A program made the position numbers and the translations under genes. A stretch of 64,000 nucleotides of DNA from Candidatus Heimdallarchaeota archaeon (GTDB taxonomy: Archaea > Asgardarchaeota > Heimdallarchaeia > Hodarchaeales > Hodarchaeaceae). Below are positions 1 to 10,237 of this stretch, one piece after another. Numbering within the stretch: position 1 is the first letter of the stretch; each line of letters starts with the position of its first letter. The stretch is taken from positions 51,713-115,712 of the forward strand of contig DXJL01000113.1 of assembly GCA_019057635.1 (NCBI GenBank), in the 5' to 3' direction. The notes beneath the pieces were generated by a model, which saw only the letters and a program-made list of their open reading frames with translations, made no database searches and was not told where the DNA came from.

Positions 1-2153
1 AATTTGTTGGACTCGATCCAGTACTAATGGTTGCAATAGGACGTACTATAGCATTCATAATGGGAGCATCGTTCTCAATGATGGTAGGTCAATTTGGTAT
101 GCGTATTGCAGTTCAAGGAAATTTAAGAGTAGCTGCTACAGCATCACAGACTACTGATGAATATGGTAACCCAATAGATGTAGGACAGAGATATAGTAAA
201 GCTCTTTCTGTTGCTTATCATGCTGGAACTGTCACAGGTATGTTAACCGATGGTTTTGGACTATTGGGTGGTACTCTCATATTTATTATCTTTGGACAGG
301 CAGCACCTGATGCGTTACTTGGTTTTGGGTTTGGTGGAACCATTCTAGCTCTATTCATGAGAGTTGGAGGAGGCATTTACACTAAAGCTGCTGATGTAGG
401 AGCAGATCTCGTTGGCAAGGTCGAAAAAGATATTCCAGAGGATGATCCTCGAAATGCTGGGGTCATTGCTGATCTAGTTGGAGATAATGTAGGCGACTGC
501 GCTGGTATGGCTGCAGATATTTTTGAGTCGTACGAAGTAACCATTGTTTCTTCCTTAATATTAGGACTAGTGCTTTATCAAATAGATGAACGAATCGTTT
601 GGATTATGTTTCCATTAATAGTCCGAGCTGTGGGCGTAATCAGTTCGATTGTAGGTACTTATGCAGTCGCATTATGGAAAACACCTGATGCAGAAAAAGC
701 TATGTTCCAATCCTATGAGATTTCTAGCGCTATCACTATTATTACGTCGCTGTTCTTGGCTACATTTTATGCTGGCGATTGGAGACTCGGTTTTCTAATT
801 GCGGTCGGTGTTTTACTTGCAGTATCTTTCAACCCAATTACAGCACGTTTCACTGCAAAAGCTGGAGGACCAGTCGTAGAGGTATTTGAATCTACTGAAG
901 GGGGCCCAGCGACCACAATTCTAAGTGGAATAGCATTGGGATACGAAAGCAGTGTTTGGGCTGTTGTTGCAATCTCTGTATCATTCATTTTTGCAATCGT
1001 AACTTATGCAATTTTCCCCGATAATAATGGATTGCCTTTGATTGGCGGATTGACTAATAACATTTCTGTCGCTCCAGAAGATATACAACATGCCATTCTA
1101 TACGGAATTGCATTAATAGGTATTGGTATGCTTTCTCACACGGGAAATAATGTTGCTATGGATTCTTTTGGACCAATTAGTGACAATGCTCAAGGTATCG
1201 CTGAAATGACTGGTATGGACAAAGAATCAAGACATGTCCTCGAAGAATTAGATGCTGTAGGAAATACAACAAAAGCGATTACCAAAGGAATTGCGATTGC
1301 ATCTGCCGTAATTGCATCGGTAAGTCTATTTGCATCATTTGTAACAGATGTCGGAATTGTCGCTGAAAACTTGGGAATTGAGAGTCCACTAGCATATGGA
1401 TTACGTATTGATATACCTGCAGTCTTTGTAGGTCTTCTCCTTGGTGCTGCACTTCCATGGATATTTTCAGCATTCAATATTAGAGCTGTAAATCGAGCAG
1501 CTGGCCAAACTATTCAAGAAGTTCGTCGACAATTTAGAATACCAGGGATTATGGAAGGCACAAAGAAACCTGATTATGGTAACGTTGTTGAAATAGTAAC
1601 TGCTGCAGCTCAAAGAGAACTGATTAGCTTGACAATAATAGCAGTCAGTGTACCAATTTTTATGGCAATATTCTTTACAATTGCCCTTGGTGCTGTTAAC
1701 ATTCCTGGTTTGAATACAGCAGAATTGATCGGGTCTGGTGTTGAAGTACTAGGTGGTTTTCAGGCAGGAATAATTGTTAGTGGACAATTACTAGCAGTTT
1801 ACATGTCTAATGCTGGTGGAGCATGGGATAATGCCAAGAAAGCTATTGAAGATGAAGTAAGAGATCTAGAGAAGAATACAGGGAAAGGATCGGAACGTCA
1901 TAAAGCAAGTGTTGTTGGAGACACTGTTGGTGATCCATTGAAAGATACAGCTGGTCCAGCGTTAAATCCTATGATAAAAGTAATTAACCTGATTAGTCTT
2001 ATTATCGCTCCACTGTTAGTTCAATCTTCTCAGGATTCTACACTAACGCTTATATTAGCAGTTGTTGGTGCATTACTTTTCGTCGCTTTCATCTGGGCTT
2101 ATTTGAAAAGCTCCCGAAAATCAGCAATATCTTTTAACATTGAAGATGATTAA
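1..2153 (+). CDS. hppA: Membrane-bound H+-translocating pyrophosphatase, probably 5'-truncated by the window edge; K+-independent signature
   Basis: GGGIYTKAADVGADLVGKVE, DNVGDCAG and GDTVGDPLKD motifs; GNTTKA (Lys) variant. Confidence 0.95.
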   Translation, partial: FVGLDPVLMVAIGRTIAFIMGASFSMMVGQFGMRIAVQGNLRVAATASQTTDEYGNPIDVGQRYSKALSVAYHAGTVTGMLTDGFGLLGGTLIFIIFGQAAPDALLGFGFGGTILALFMRVGGGIYTKAADVGADLVGKVEKDIPEDDPRNAGVIADLVGDNVGDCAGMAADIFESYEVTIVSSLILGLVLYQIDERIVWIMFPLIVRAVGVISSIVGTYAVALWKTPDAEKAMFQSYEISSAITIITSLFLATFYAGDWRLGFLIAVGVLLAVSFNPITARFTAKAGGPVVEVFESTEGGPATTILSGIALGYESSVWAVVAISVSFIFAIVTYAIFPDNNGLPLIGGLTNNISVAPEDIQHAILYGIALIGIGMLSHTGNNVAMDSFGPISDNAQGIAEMTGMDKESRHVLEELDAVGNTTKAITKGIAIASAVIASVSLFASFVTDVGIVAENLGIESPLAYGLRIDIPAVFVGLLLGAALPWIFSAFNIRAVNRAAGQTIQEVRRQFRIPGIMEGTKKPDYGNVVEIVTAAAQRELISLTIIAVSVPIFMAIFFTIALGAVNIPGLNTAELIGSGVEVLGGFQAGIIVSGQLLAVYMSNAGGAWDNAKKAIEDEVRDLEKNTGKGSERHKASVVGDTVGDPLKDTAGPALNPMIKVINLISLIIAPLLVQSSQDSTLTLILAVVGALLFVAFIWAYLKSSRKSAISFNIEDD

Positions 2154-2186
2154 ACTTCAAATTCCCCTGAAGTATTCATCCTCCCC

Positions 2187-2202
2187 TTTTTTTCCTTTTT
2201 TT
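2187..2202 (+). terminator. Oligo-T terminator candidate after hppA
   Basis: Two T7 tracts shortly after the stop codon. Confidence 0.4.
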
Positions 2203-2329
2203 CTTACTTTAGTCAATTCTCGAAACGAACACTTACTTGGAAAGACTCAATAGTCTAATAAATAAAGCCTTTAATGATTCTATTTTCGGTATAGCTGAAG
2301 CAAGGTCAGCGGAAAGAGGTACTGGATAA

Positions 2330-2875
2330 ATGTATTATTTGACTCAAATCCGTGAAACTATTCGAATTCCCCCCAATAGATTTGGACAACCTCTAGAGGA
2401 GGTAATTCTTGATATCTCAAGAACGAAGAATGAAACTACAATTGGAGGAGATGTGGGAATGATTGTCGCGATTTTGTCTGTAAATGAGATTTCACCTGGT
2501 AGGATTGTACCTGGTGACGGAGCAACTTTTCACGATGTAGAATATCAGGCGATTTCTTTTCGTCCTTTAGACGATGAAGTAACTGAAGGTGAAGTAGTTG
2601 AAACAACCAAATTTGGATTCTTCATGCGAATAGGGTGTACTGATGCTTTAGCACATATCAGTCAAATCGCTGATGAATATTTTCAAATGTCATCCCGTTC
2701 TTCAGGTGTTTTAGTAGGAAGAGAATCAGGTAGAACTATCAGGCCTGGAGATTTGGTCCGAGGAAAAATCATTACTGCTACTGTAGATCATGTAAGTATG
2801 AAGATCGCAGTAACCATGAAAGGCGAGGGTTTAGGTTTAAAAACTTGGATTGACGAAAAAAAAGAGGCGGTTTAA
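2330..2875 (+). CDS. rpo7: RNA polymerase subunit Rpo7 (E')
   Basis: IRIPP, GDGA, S1 domain with HISQI; conserved rpoE-spt4 cluster. Confidence 0.95.
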   Translation: MYYLTQIRETIRIPPNRFGQPLEEVILDISRTKNETTIGGDVGMIVAILSVNEISPGRIVPGDGATFHDVEYQAISFRPLDDEVTEGEVVETTKFGFFMRIGCTDALAHISQIADEYFQMSSRSSGVLVGRESGRTIRPGDLVRGKIITATVDHVSMKIAVTMKGEGLGLKTWIDEKKEAV

Positions 2876-3070
2876 TTGGTAAAAATCAAAGCTTGTAAGA
2901 AATGTAACAGTATAGTTCAAGGAGAGGAAGTTTGTCCTATTTGTAAAACGCATAATCATTTATCAAAAAGCTTCGTAGGTATGGTCATTATCCGATCACC
3001 CCAAGGTAGTAAGATCGCGCGAAGATTGAATATAAATCGTCCTGGAAAATATGCAATTAAAGTTCGTTGA
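2876..3070 (+). CDS. spt4: Transcription elongation factor Spt4 (RpoE'')
   Basis: ACKKC...CPIC zinc ribbon, PGKYAIKVR C-terminus. Confidence 0.95.
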   Translation: MVKIKACKKCNSIVQGEEVCPICKTHNHLSKSFVGMVIIRSPQGSKIARRLNINRPGKYAIKVR

Positions 3071-3663
3071 GGGAACTTATTGTGGGATATAAACTCCCAG
3101 TTACACTTCGAAATTCATTTCGAGCCCCCATTGGAGAATTATTCATTGGAGATCATTCTATATCTGCTAAAAATGCAATAGAATATATAAAAAAGATCAA
3201 TAGGGGACTTACTATTGCTATTGGGGATGTCTGTGCAAAATCTCTTCTTAACCAAGGGTTCCATCCCAATATCATTGTTTTTGATGAAAAAACACAACGT
3301 ACTAAGAAAATTTCACTTGATCTTAAACAATATTCACTAAAAGATGTATACAATCCAAAAGAATGGATCCTGGAAAGCACAATTCATGAAATAAAAAATG
3401 CAATAGCTTTTTGTACTTCCAACAAATGTCGCATAGCAGTTAGGATTGACGGTGAAGAGGACCTATTAATCATCCCAGCGATAATTTCCCTACCTCTTGG
3501 AAGTGTAGTGATTTATGGACAACCTCCTGTTACCACTGAAGAAGGCATTGTGGTAGCGTTAATAACTTCTTCCCTGAAGAACATAATCCAAGATATATTG
3601 AAAAAATTCGAATTTCATGAGGAATACATAGATGGAAATCACCATTACAGAAGAAAAACATAA
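3067..3663 (+). CDS. GTP-dependent dephospho-CoA kinase (DUF359)
   Basis: IGDV, DGEEDLL, YGQP motifs; conserved position after spt4. Confidence 0.9.
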   Translation: MRELIVGYKLPVTLRNSFRAPIGELFIGDHSISAKNAIEYIKKINRGLTIAIGDVCAKSLLNQGFHPNIIVFDEKTQRTKKISLDLKQYSLKDVYNPKEWILESTIHEIKNAIAFCTSNKCRIAVRIDGEEDLLIIPAIISLPLGSVVIYGQPPVTTEEGIVVALITSSLKNIIQDILKKFEFHEEYIDGNHHYRRKT

Positions 3664-3934
3664 TCCCCTCATTGGCCGAAATGAAATTAAGGCACTAATT
3701 ACTCATCTTGGTGAGATCACACCAACCAGAGAGGCAGTACGTTCCAAAATTGCAGCACAATTAAACTTTGATCTCGATCGTGTGGTAATTCAGAATATAA
3801 TTGGTCATTTTGGTGAACCAAAATCTCAACTAATTGCTCATTGTTATGATAATTCTGAGGATGTTTATGTATTCGAACCTAAATTCCGTCTTAAGAGAAA
3901 TAAAATCATCCTAAATGATCAAAAAGAGGGTTAA
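3632..3934 (+). CDS. rps24e: 30S ribosomal protein eS24
   Basis: NPLIGRNE, TPTR motifs; synteny. Confidence 0.95.
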   Translation: MEITITEEKHNPLIGRNEIKALITHLGEITPTREAVRSKIAAQLNFDLDRVVIQNIIGHFGEPKSQLIAHCYDNSEDVYVFEPKFRLKRNKIILNDQKEG

Positions 3935-3938
3935 CTAA

Positions 3939-4100
3939 ATGCCAGTTCGTAGAAATCCAGTCCAATCATATTATAAAGTTGATTATAAGAAAGGTACAAT
4001 TAAGAGAACCAACAAGTTTTGCCCAAGATGCAAGGGATCTTTTTTGGCTAAACATAAGAATAGAGCAGCATGTGGACTGTGTGGTTATACGGAATTTTAA
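3939..4100 (+). CDS. rps27ae: 30S ribosomal protein eS31 (S27ae), 53 aa, not in the ORF track
   Basis: Manual translation [53 protein letters not shown]; follows rps24e. Confidence 0.93.
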   Translation: MPVRRNPVQSYYKVDYKKGTIKRTNKFCPRCKGSFLAKHKNRAACGLCGYTEF

Positions 4101-4121
4101 TCTTTAGATCATGAAGCTAGT

Positions 4122-5114
4122 ATGGCATCTACTGAACCTATCATTTTAGGGCTTGAAGGGACAGCTCATACAGCTGGGGTAGCTGTGATTCAAGGACCTC
4201 AAATCCATGCAAATGAATCCGCAACATATTTTCCACCTCAAGGTGGAATTCATCCACGAGAAGCTGCTACCTACCTTACTAAGCAATTTCCCATCCTTCT
4301 TAAAAAAATATTTCAAAAATTACAATTCAAACCTGATAAAATTGATGGAATTGCATTTTCTCAGGGTCCTGGCTTAGGTCCATGTCTTAGAACTACAGCT
4401 ACTGTTGCTAGAGCAATTTCCTTAAAACTCAATAAACCACTTTTAGGAGTAAATCATTGTATTGCTCATGTGGAATTAGGAAGAACCATTACTCCAGCAA
4501 ACGATCCGCTTGTTCTCTATGTAAGTGGAGGAAACACACAACTAATTACTTTCTTAAATGGGAGATATCGTGTCTTAGGAGAAACTCTAGACATTGCTAT
4601 TGGAAATGCATTAGATTCATTGGGAAGAGAAATGAATTTACCCCATCCTGGGGGTCCCCACATTGAGAAACGAGCTCAACAAGGGAAGAATCTTCTATTA
4701 CTCCCTTATACGATAAAGGGAATGTCTTTCTCCTTCTCAGGTATGGTAACTGCAGCAAAGAAATTGATTGCCAATCACTCAACTTCTGACATCTGTTACT
4801 CCTTTCAGGAGTATACATTTGCTATACTGGCCGAAGCAACGGAAAGAGCCCTTTCTTGTACAAAGAAAGGTTCAGTATTATTGACAGGAGGAGTTGCTGC
4901 TAATGTCCATTTGCAAAACATCATAAAACTAGTTGCGAAAGAGCAAGAATCCTTATTTTATGTCGTTCCAAGAAATTTAGCAGGAGACAATGGGGTTATG
5001 ATTGCATTCGCAGGTACTCATCTATTAAAGACAGGAGAAATTATCCCTATTCAGAAAAGTCAAGTTAAGCCTCGTTGGAGAACTGATCAAGTTCAAGTAG
5101 GATGGATCTCATGA
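4122..5114 (+). CDS. kae1: KEOPS subunit Kae1 (t6A synthesis)
   Basis: EGTAHT, GGIHPREAA, NHCIAHVE, VSGGNT motifs. Confidence 0.96.
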   Translation: MASTEPIILGLEGTAHTAGVAVIQGPQIHANESATYFPPQGGIHPREAATYLTKQFPILLKKIFQKLQFKPDKIDGIAFSQGPGLGPCLRTTATVARAISLKLNKPLLGVNHCIAHVELGRTITPANDPLVLYVSGGNTQLITFLNGRYRVLGETLDIAIGNALDSLGREMNLPHPGGPHIEKRAQQGKNLLLLPYTIKGMSFSFSGMVTAAKKLIANHSTSDICYSFQEYTFAILAEATERALSCTKKGSVLLTGGVAANVHLQNIIKLVAKEQESLFYVVPRNLAGDNGVMIAFAGTHLLKTGEIIPIQKSQVKPRWRTDQVQVGWIS

Positions 5115-5764
5115 AATTAATACAAGCAGAAAAGATTGCAAAAGGTGCAGAAGCAGTTATATTTAAGGGAACATTTCTTCAAAGTCCTATTGCAATCAAA
5201 CATCGCTTACCAAAATCTTATCGCCATCCAGATATTGATAATCGTATAAGACTTCACAGGTTAAGATCAGAAGCGAAAGTTATGACTAACGCGCGAAAAA
5301 TTGGAGTTAGTGTACCTAGTTTATTCGGGGTCGATATTGAGGATCATATTCTAATTATTGAATCGCTAGAAGGTAAATTGCTATTCGAGGAGATGAATTC
5401 ATTACCGATAGACAAACTAGACCCAATTTTCGTCAATCTTGGGCATCAAATTGGCCTTTTACATAGTAACGATATAATTCATGGTGACTTGACTGTATTT
5501 AATGTTCTTATTCAATTAGAAGATAAACTATCAATAATAGACTTTGGGTTAGGCAAAATTTCTAATGAATTAGAAGCAAAAGCGGATGATCTGCTTACTT
5601 TTTATTCAACTTTAAAAGCAATTCAACCAGCGTCAAATATTCTCTTCAATACATTTTTAGAAGGGTATCTAAGTGTGTATCCCGAGGGGAAGAACACTTA
5701 TGAACAAATGAAAAAAATTCAAAGTCGTGCACGATATATCGCAAGGGAAGATCGCCTTGAATAA
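5102..5764 (+). CDS. bud32: KEOPS kinase/ATPase Bud32
   Basis: GAEA, KSYRHP, HGDLT, IDFGL motifs; adjacent to kae1. Confidence 0.95.
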   Translation: MDLMKLIQAEKIAKGAEAVIFKGTFLQSPIAIKHRLPKSYRHPDIDNRIRLHRLRSEAKVMTNARKIGVSVPSLFGVDIEDHILIIESLEGKLLFEEMNSLPIDKLDPIFVNLGHQIGLLHSNDIIHGDLTVFNVLIQLEDKLSIIDFGLGKISNELEAKADDLLTFYSTLKAIQPASNILFNTFLEGYLSVYPEGKNTYEQMKKIQSRARYIAREDRLE

Positions 5765-5788
5765 TCATATAAATTAGGTGGAAAACGG

Positions 5789-6544
5789 ATGAAATTCAAG
5801 ATTTTTCATGAAGATCAAAAAATATTAAATCAATGTAAGAGATTTATAGCGGGATGGCATGGATTAGGGGAAATTGGATATATTACTGTTTCTCATATAA
5901 TTGAAAATCTCAAGTTAAAACGAATAGCCACTATCATGTCAAGTGGAGCTCCTCCATTTATTTCTGTTCAAAACAATCAATTGAGACTTCCTTTCGAAAT
6001 ATATGGAAAAGAAGAATACGATTTTGCGATTTTCATTCCTCATCTACAGCCCTATCGTCATGTACAAATTGAATTTTCTGAAAAAATGTCTGAATGGATC
6101 CTAAAACAAAAAAATTTGTCTGAAGCATATTTCATAGGAGGGGTTGATGCTCGTTTAAAATCATCAGAGAACGAAATTCAATATATTCCGACAAGAGCTT
6201 TTTTAAATTCATCAAAGCTCAATTCAAATTTCATTGAAGAAATACAGACGAATTTACTTGATCCAGGGCTATTTGTTGCAGGACCTCTAGCTATTATGCT
6301 CGGATATCTTGACATGAGTATGTTTCCCGCTGTAGGACTTTTGGCCTATGCACAGAGAGAGCGCCCCGATCCATTAGGTGCTGTTGCTACCATTAAGAAA
6401 CTTAATTATATTTTAAACATTGATATTGATACAAATGAATTAGTGCAAAATGCTCAAACAATAGAAGAGGAAATTAAACGACAATTAGCCCCTATCGAAG
6501 CAAATGATCCTGACAAACTTGCTACAAAACGGATGTATACCTAG
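5789..6544 (+). CDS. PAC2-family proteasome assembly chaperone with C-terminal HbYX (MYT)
   Basis: GWHGLGEIGYI, PDPLGA, terminal M-Y-T. Confidence 0.85.
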   Translation: MKFKIFHEDQKILNQCKRFIAGWHGLGEIGYITVSHIIENLKLKRIATIMSSGAPPFISVQNNQLRLPFEIYGKEEYDFAIFIPHLQPYRHVQIEFSEKMSEWILKQKNLSEAYFIGGVDARLKSSENEIQYIPTRAFLNSSKLNSNFIEEIQTNLLDPGLFVAGPLAIMLGYLDMSMFPAVGLLAYAQRERPDPLGAVATIKKLNYILNIDIDTNELVQNAQTIEEEIKRQLAPIEANDPDKLATKRMYT

Positions 6545-6563
6545 AATGTCTCAATTTGAGCAA

Positions 6564-7355
6564 TTAACGCCCGTGACGTCGTTTTCGAGATTGATAGGTA
6601 CGAATAGCTCGCCATAAGTCGATTTTTCTAAACCCTGGAAAATATACATCTGCAAAATAAAGCTCACTATATACAGATTGCCAAGTTAGAAAACCTGACA
6701 AACGTTCTTCGCCTGATGTTCGAATAATAAGGTCAGGGTCAGGTATCCCATTGGTGTATAGATGTCGTTCAACTACTAATTCATTAATATCTTCTATGGC
6801 CATTTCATTGTTAGCTATTTTTTTTGCTATGGATTTCATTGCATCGATCATCTCTGCTCGACCCCCATAACCAATAGCAATGATAAGTGTTGGACCAGGT
6901 TTATCGGTTTGAGAACTTTTTTCTGCCCTATCTATTGCTTGTTGAACATTCGTCGGTAATGAATGAGTTCGTCCAATAACTTTAATTCTCACATTCCTTT
7001 TCTTGAACTCAGGATGATCAATAAGTTCCTTAAAGGTGGATTCAAATATATCCATTAACTCATTAATTTCACCCTCTGACCTCTCGAAATTTTCTGTCGA
7101 AAAGGCATAGAGAGTTACATATTCAATTTCCAGATCCCAAAACCACTCTAAAATATTTTTGAGCTTGTCACGTCCAAGGCGGTGACCAAAAGTACTCGGG
7201 AGCCGTTTCGCACGCGCATAACGCCGATTCCCATCCATGATTAAAGCAACATGTGTAGGGTGAATGCCTTCTTCAATGCCGCCTTTAATTTGATTCCACA
7301 ATCTACGTTCATAGAGCTTATATAAAAGTGAATCAATTCGTAAATTAAATTTCAA
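6564..7355 (-). CDS. uppS: cis-prenyltransferase (undecaprenyl/dolichyl diphosphate synthase)
   Basis: IMDGNRRYA, AFSTENF, IRTSGEERLSGFL. Confidence 0.96.
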   Translation of the reverse strand: MKFNLRIDSLLYKLYERRLWNQIKGGIEEGIHPTHVALIMDGNRRYARAKRLPSTFGHRLGRDKLKNILEWFWDLEIEYVTLYAFSTENFERSEGEINELMDIFESTFKELIDHPEFKKRNVRIKVIGRTHSLPTNVQQAIDRAEKSSQTDKPGPTLIIAIGYGGRAEMIDAMKSIAKKIANNEMAIEDINELVVERHLYTNGIPDPDLIIRTSGEERLSGFLTWQSVYSELYFADVYFPGFRKIDLWRAIRTYQSRKRRHGR

Positions 7356-7518
7356 AATTAAAATCCAGCTATTTAATGTATGAGGATTTCATTTCTTAAA
7401 ACATTCATTCAATAATATATATTTCTTGGATCCAAAGTTCCGCAAGTTTATCAAAGGATCCAGTTTTTTTCATTTTTAATATTTGAAAAATTAAGTAATC
7501 AAAAGAGAACATCATAAA

Positions 7519-7606
7519 TGGTGCGGGGGGTGAGATTTGAACTCACGAACGCCTACACGACTAGGACCTCAACCTAGCTCCTTTGACCTGGCTGGGAAAC
7601 CCCCGC
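7519..7606 (-). tRNA. tRNA-Leu(GAG), CCA encoded
   Basis: Cloverleaf with anticodon arm CTAGG-TT GAG GT-CCTAG, long variable arm, GTTCAAATC. Confidence 0.96.
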
Positions 7607-7618
7607 GTGTTTGCTCTA

Positions 7619-7984
7619 TTACCGTACAATGATCATATACTCTTTAAAGGGGGATTTGAATTCTGGCAGAACTTTTCCTGAAAATAAACGAAATGTTAGC
7701 CCACCAGAGGAAAAGGAATAAATCTTTTCTTTTCCAACTGGCTTTGTCCTATAGCTAGTGGCATTTAAAGCTACTTTAGCATCTTTAAATGATAGTTTCT
7801 TTTTCTTAGCCGCGGAAATAACTTCGATCTGGAGATTCTTTACATCGTGCAAATCGGCTATTTTTGAAGGAATTTCAATTTTTCCTCTGAGACCCAACTT
7901 CTCATCTCTAAAATCTATTAGCCACAGATTATTATCTAAATCTTCCTCTAGCTGAAATACTTCCGCATTTATTATCATGTTCAT
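7619..7984 (-). CDS. rpo8: RNA polymerase subunit Rpo8 (RpoG/RPB8 homolog)
   Basis: SFSSGGLTFRL resembles RPB8 SFGGLLMRL; size fits; adjacent to an Sm gene as in TACK archaea. Confidence 0.75.
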   Translation of the reverse strand: MNMIINAEVFQLEEDLDNNLWLIDFRDEKLGLRGKIEIPSKIADLHDVKNLQIEVISAAKKKKLSFKDAKVALNATSYRTKPVGKEKIYSFSSGGLTFRLFSGKVLPEFKSPFKEYMIIVR

Positions 7985-7986
7985 TC

Positions 7987-8430
7987 CTACTCTTCTGAAG
8001 CTTGATCGCTTGCATATCGGTTAAAAATTGCCCGAACTCGATCTGCAACTGGTCCTGTTCCTTCAACACCCGTTTCAGAAACTTTCACTCTTTCAAGAAC
8101 TACTATTAATCCGGCTTCATCATAGACTTTCACGTCCCCAGGACGACGAAAGATTTGTTCCAGTTCATCTTTCAACCCCGAAAGATCAAATGGGGCTTCT
8201 TCTAAATAAATCTCTGCTATTTGGTCACCATTTAAGCAAATACGATGAATTTCGTTACTATCATCATCACGCTTGGCTTTTATTAGTACACAGGTTAGAG
8301 TCTCTGGTGATAATCCCTTAAGTTCTCCAACGAATTTTTTCCCATTCTTGAGAATTACTGCTACTCTTTTATTGTTAAATGCAGTGATTTCTTTTTGAAA
8401 AGTTCTTTTGGCTTGACCGACCATGGACAT
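7987..8430 (-). CDS. Sm/Lsm protein with C-terminal extension (SmAP3 type)
   Basis: Sm1/Sm2 motifs (VAVILKNGKKFVGEL, LNGDQIAEI) plus C-terminal GVEGTGP domain. Confidence 0.85.
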   Translation of the reverse strand: MSMVGQAKRTFQKEITAFNNKRVAVILKNGKKFVGELKGLSPETLTCVLIKAKRDDDSNEIHRICLNGDQIAEIYLEEAPFDLSGLKDELEQIFRRPGDVKVYDEAGLIVVLERVKVSETGVEGTGPVADRVRAIFNRYASDQASEE

Positions 8431-8684
8431 GTAAAAGCCTCCTTACAAAACAAGCAGACATCGTTATTAGTAAATCCTTTAGATATTCATCCAAAATTTG
8501 CTTCGTAACGGTAATCTGGCTGGTTAAATGTGCAATTATCTTGTATATATATTTTTTCTGAAGTCCTGTTGAGAATATATGGAATATAAGAATTCATTTT
8601 AAGGAAAACCAACATTTTTAATTGATAAACGCCTTTCTGAGTCTAAAAAGTAAGTATCAAGATCTTTGCCAACGAACAAGCTAC

Positions 8685-8993
8685 TTACATCTGTTCAACA
8701 GTTCTAGCCTCTATAAGAAGGGACCAATCAAGATTTAGTTTGATAAGTTTTTCTAATTTCAGATCTAGTTCATCTTTTTGTCCAAAAGCTAAGGCTATAT
8801 CTCCCGTCTTTATATCTACAAAAGTATCCTCACTGAAAGTAAACTTATATTCAGAATTATCGTCAGATAGGATTACATAAGCATCTACTTTCTCTTTTAC
8901 CTTGCAAAAGAATTGAAATTTTGTTGTAGCAGCAATATTGGCAAGAGACAAAATAGTTATCTCCTCATAGGGTCTAATTGAAGTTCTTTTCAT
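8685..8993 (-). CDS. Small OB-fold protein, possibly RPA3/RPA14-like
   Basis: 102 aa; beta-rich pattern (ILSD, GDIALAFG) with C-terminal LDWSLL helix. Confidence 0.45.
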   Translation of the reverse strand: MKRTSIRPYEEITILSLANIAATTKFQFFCKVKEKVDAYVILSDDNSEYKFTFSEDTFVDIKTGDIALAFGQKDELDLKLEKLIKLNLDWSLLIEARTVEQM

Positions 8994-9169
8994 CGTAATC
9001 CTCTCTTGTTAGCTAATTCCAGTTTTATGATTGAAATAATTAATATTCCTCATTCCTAACAAATCAATCTTTTTGGGGTCATCCTTTCTTAATAGAAAAA
9101 ACTCAGCTTCTTTAAAACTTTAGGAGATTTCTGCTTACACTGAGCCCAAAATGACTGGAGTTAATTTTA

Positions 9170-9514
9170 ATGGAATTTTGTGAATGTGGAGCCCTTCTTG
9201 TCCCTGATAAGGAGACGGATGGAACCATTGTAATGAAATGCAATTCATGTGGGAAAACGATACCTGCTGACTCTAAGTCTAATTCAAAAGCTTTCGAGAT
9301 TAAACAAACCATAAGACACTCAGATTTAGAAAAAACAGTCATTATTGATGATGAAAATGAAGTGCAAACTATGCCCACAGCAACTGCAAGCTGTGAAAAA
9401 TGTGGACATCATGAAGCTGTATACTGGCAGCTTCAAACTCGGAGTGCGGATGAAGCTTCCACTACATTTTATCGGTGTACGAAATGCAAATTTACATGGC
9501 GTGATTATGGCTAA
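9170..9514 (+). CDS. tfs: Transcription factor S (TFS)
   Basis: Two zinc ribbons, QTRSADE acidic hairpin. Confidence 0.95.
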   Translation: MEFCECGALLVPDKETDGTIVMKCNSCGKTIPADSKSNSKAFEIKQTIRHSDLEKTVIIDDENEVQTMPTATASCEKCGHHEAVYWQLQTRSADEASTTFYRCTKCKFTWRDYG

Positions 9515-9529
9515 AAATAATAAATGAGG

Positions 9530-10210
9530 TCATGCTTTTTTTATGATCATAATTGCATGCTTCTTCTCAAAAGCGTCAATAGTTGAATTTTCGAGTACTT
9601 GTAATCCAAAATCGTCTTCTAATACTTTCATCTGATTGGAAAACACCTCTTCTGGTTCAAGAGAAACATCAATACTTTGAGATTTTATGGCTATGACACC
9701 TACTCCCCCTGGCTTCAGGTACTCTTGTGCATTTCTACCAAAAATTGTTGCTTGCTCAGGCTGGGAAACATCTTGATATATAAGATCGAGATTGAAAACA
9801 TAGGAGGAATACTCTTCTGGCCTTCTAGCATCAGCAAGAATTGGAATCAGATTTGGACGTTGTTCTGCAAGGCGATAAAACTTTCTCATGACTTTTGGAG
9901 AGAATTCGACTCCATATATGAACCCATCATCTAAAATATCAGAGAAATGAGAAGGAGTTGTGCCTGTAGAGACCCCCAAGTAAAGGATATTTTTTCCTTT
10001 CAGTTGTGGAAGAAGTTTCATTCCCGATAAGTAAGCTGCAGCAAATTTTGATCGAAACGGATCCCAAAGTCTATACTCCTCGTTGTCAACCTTGATTAAT
10101 CTCTCGCCGTACACAGAAGTCCCAGGAACTTTGTTTTTAGTGGCGAGACGATTTTTTTGATCAATTTTTAACTGATACATTCCCTGAATCATTGTTTCTT
10201 TTACTTGCAT
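9530..10210 (-). CDS. flpA: Fibrillarin (C/D box 2'-O-methyltransferase)
   Basis: VYGE, WDPFRSK, LYLGVSTGTTPSH, DVSQPEQ. Confidence 0.96.
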   Translation of the reverse strand: MQVKETMIQGMYQLKIDQKNRLATKNKVPGTSVYGERLIKVDNEEYRLWDPFRSKFAAAYLSGMKLLPQLKGKNILYLGVSTGTTPSHFSDILDDGFIYGVEFSPKVMRKFYRLAEQRPNLIPILADARRPEEYSSYVFNLDLIYQDVSQPEQATIFGRNAQEYLKPGGVGVIAIKSQSIDVSLEPEEVFSNQMKVLEDDFGLQVLENSTIDAFEKKHAIMIIKKA

Positions 10211-10237
10211 TTTTTCACCTTGAGATTACTATAATTA

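Noticed and set aside
3939-4100. Ubiquitin-eS31 fusion
   Set aside because: The ORF starts 4 bp after the rps24e stop, leaving no room for a ubiquitin moiety.
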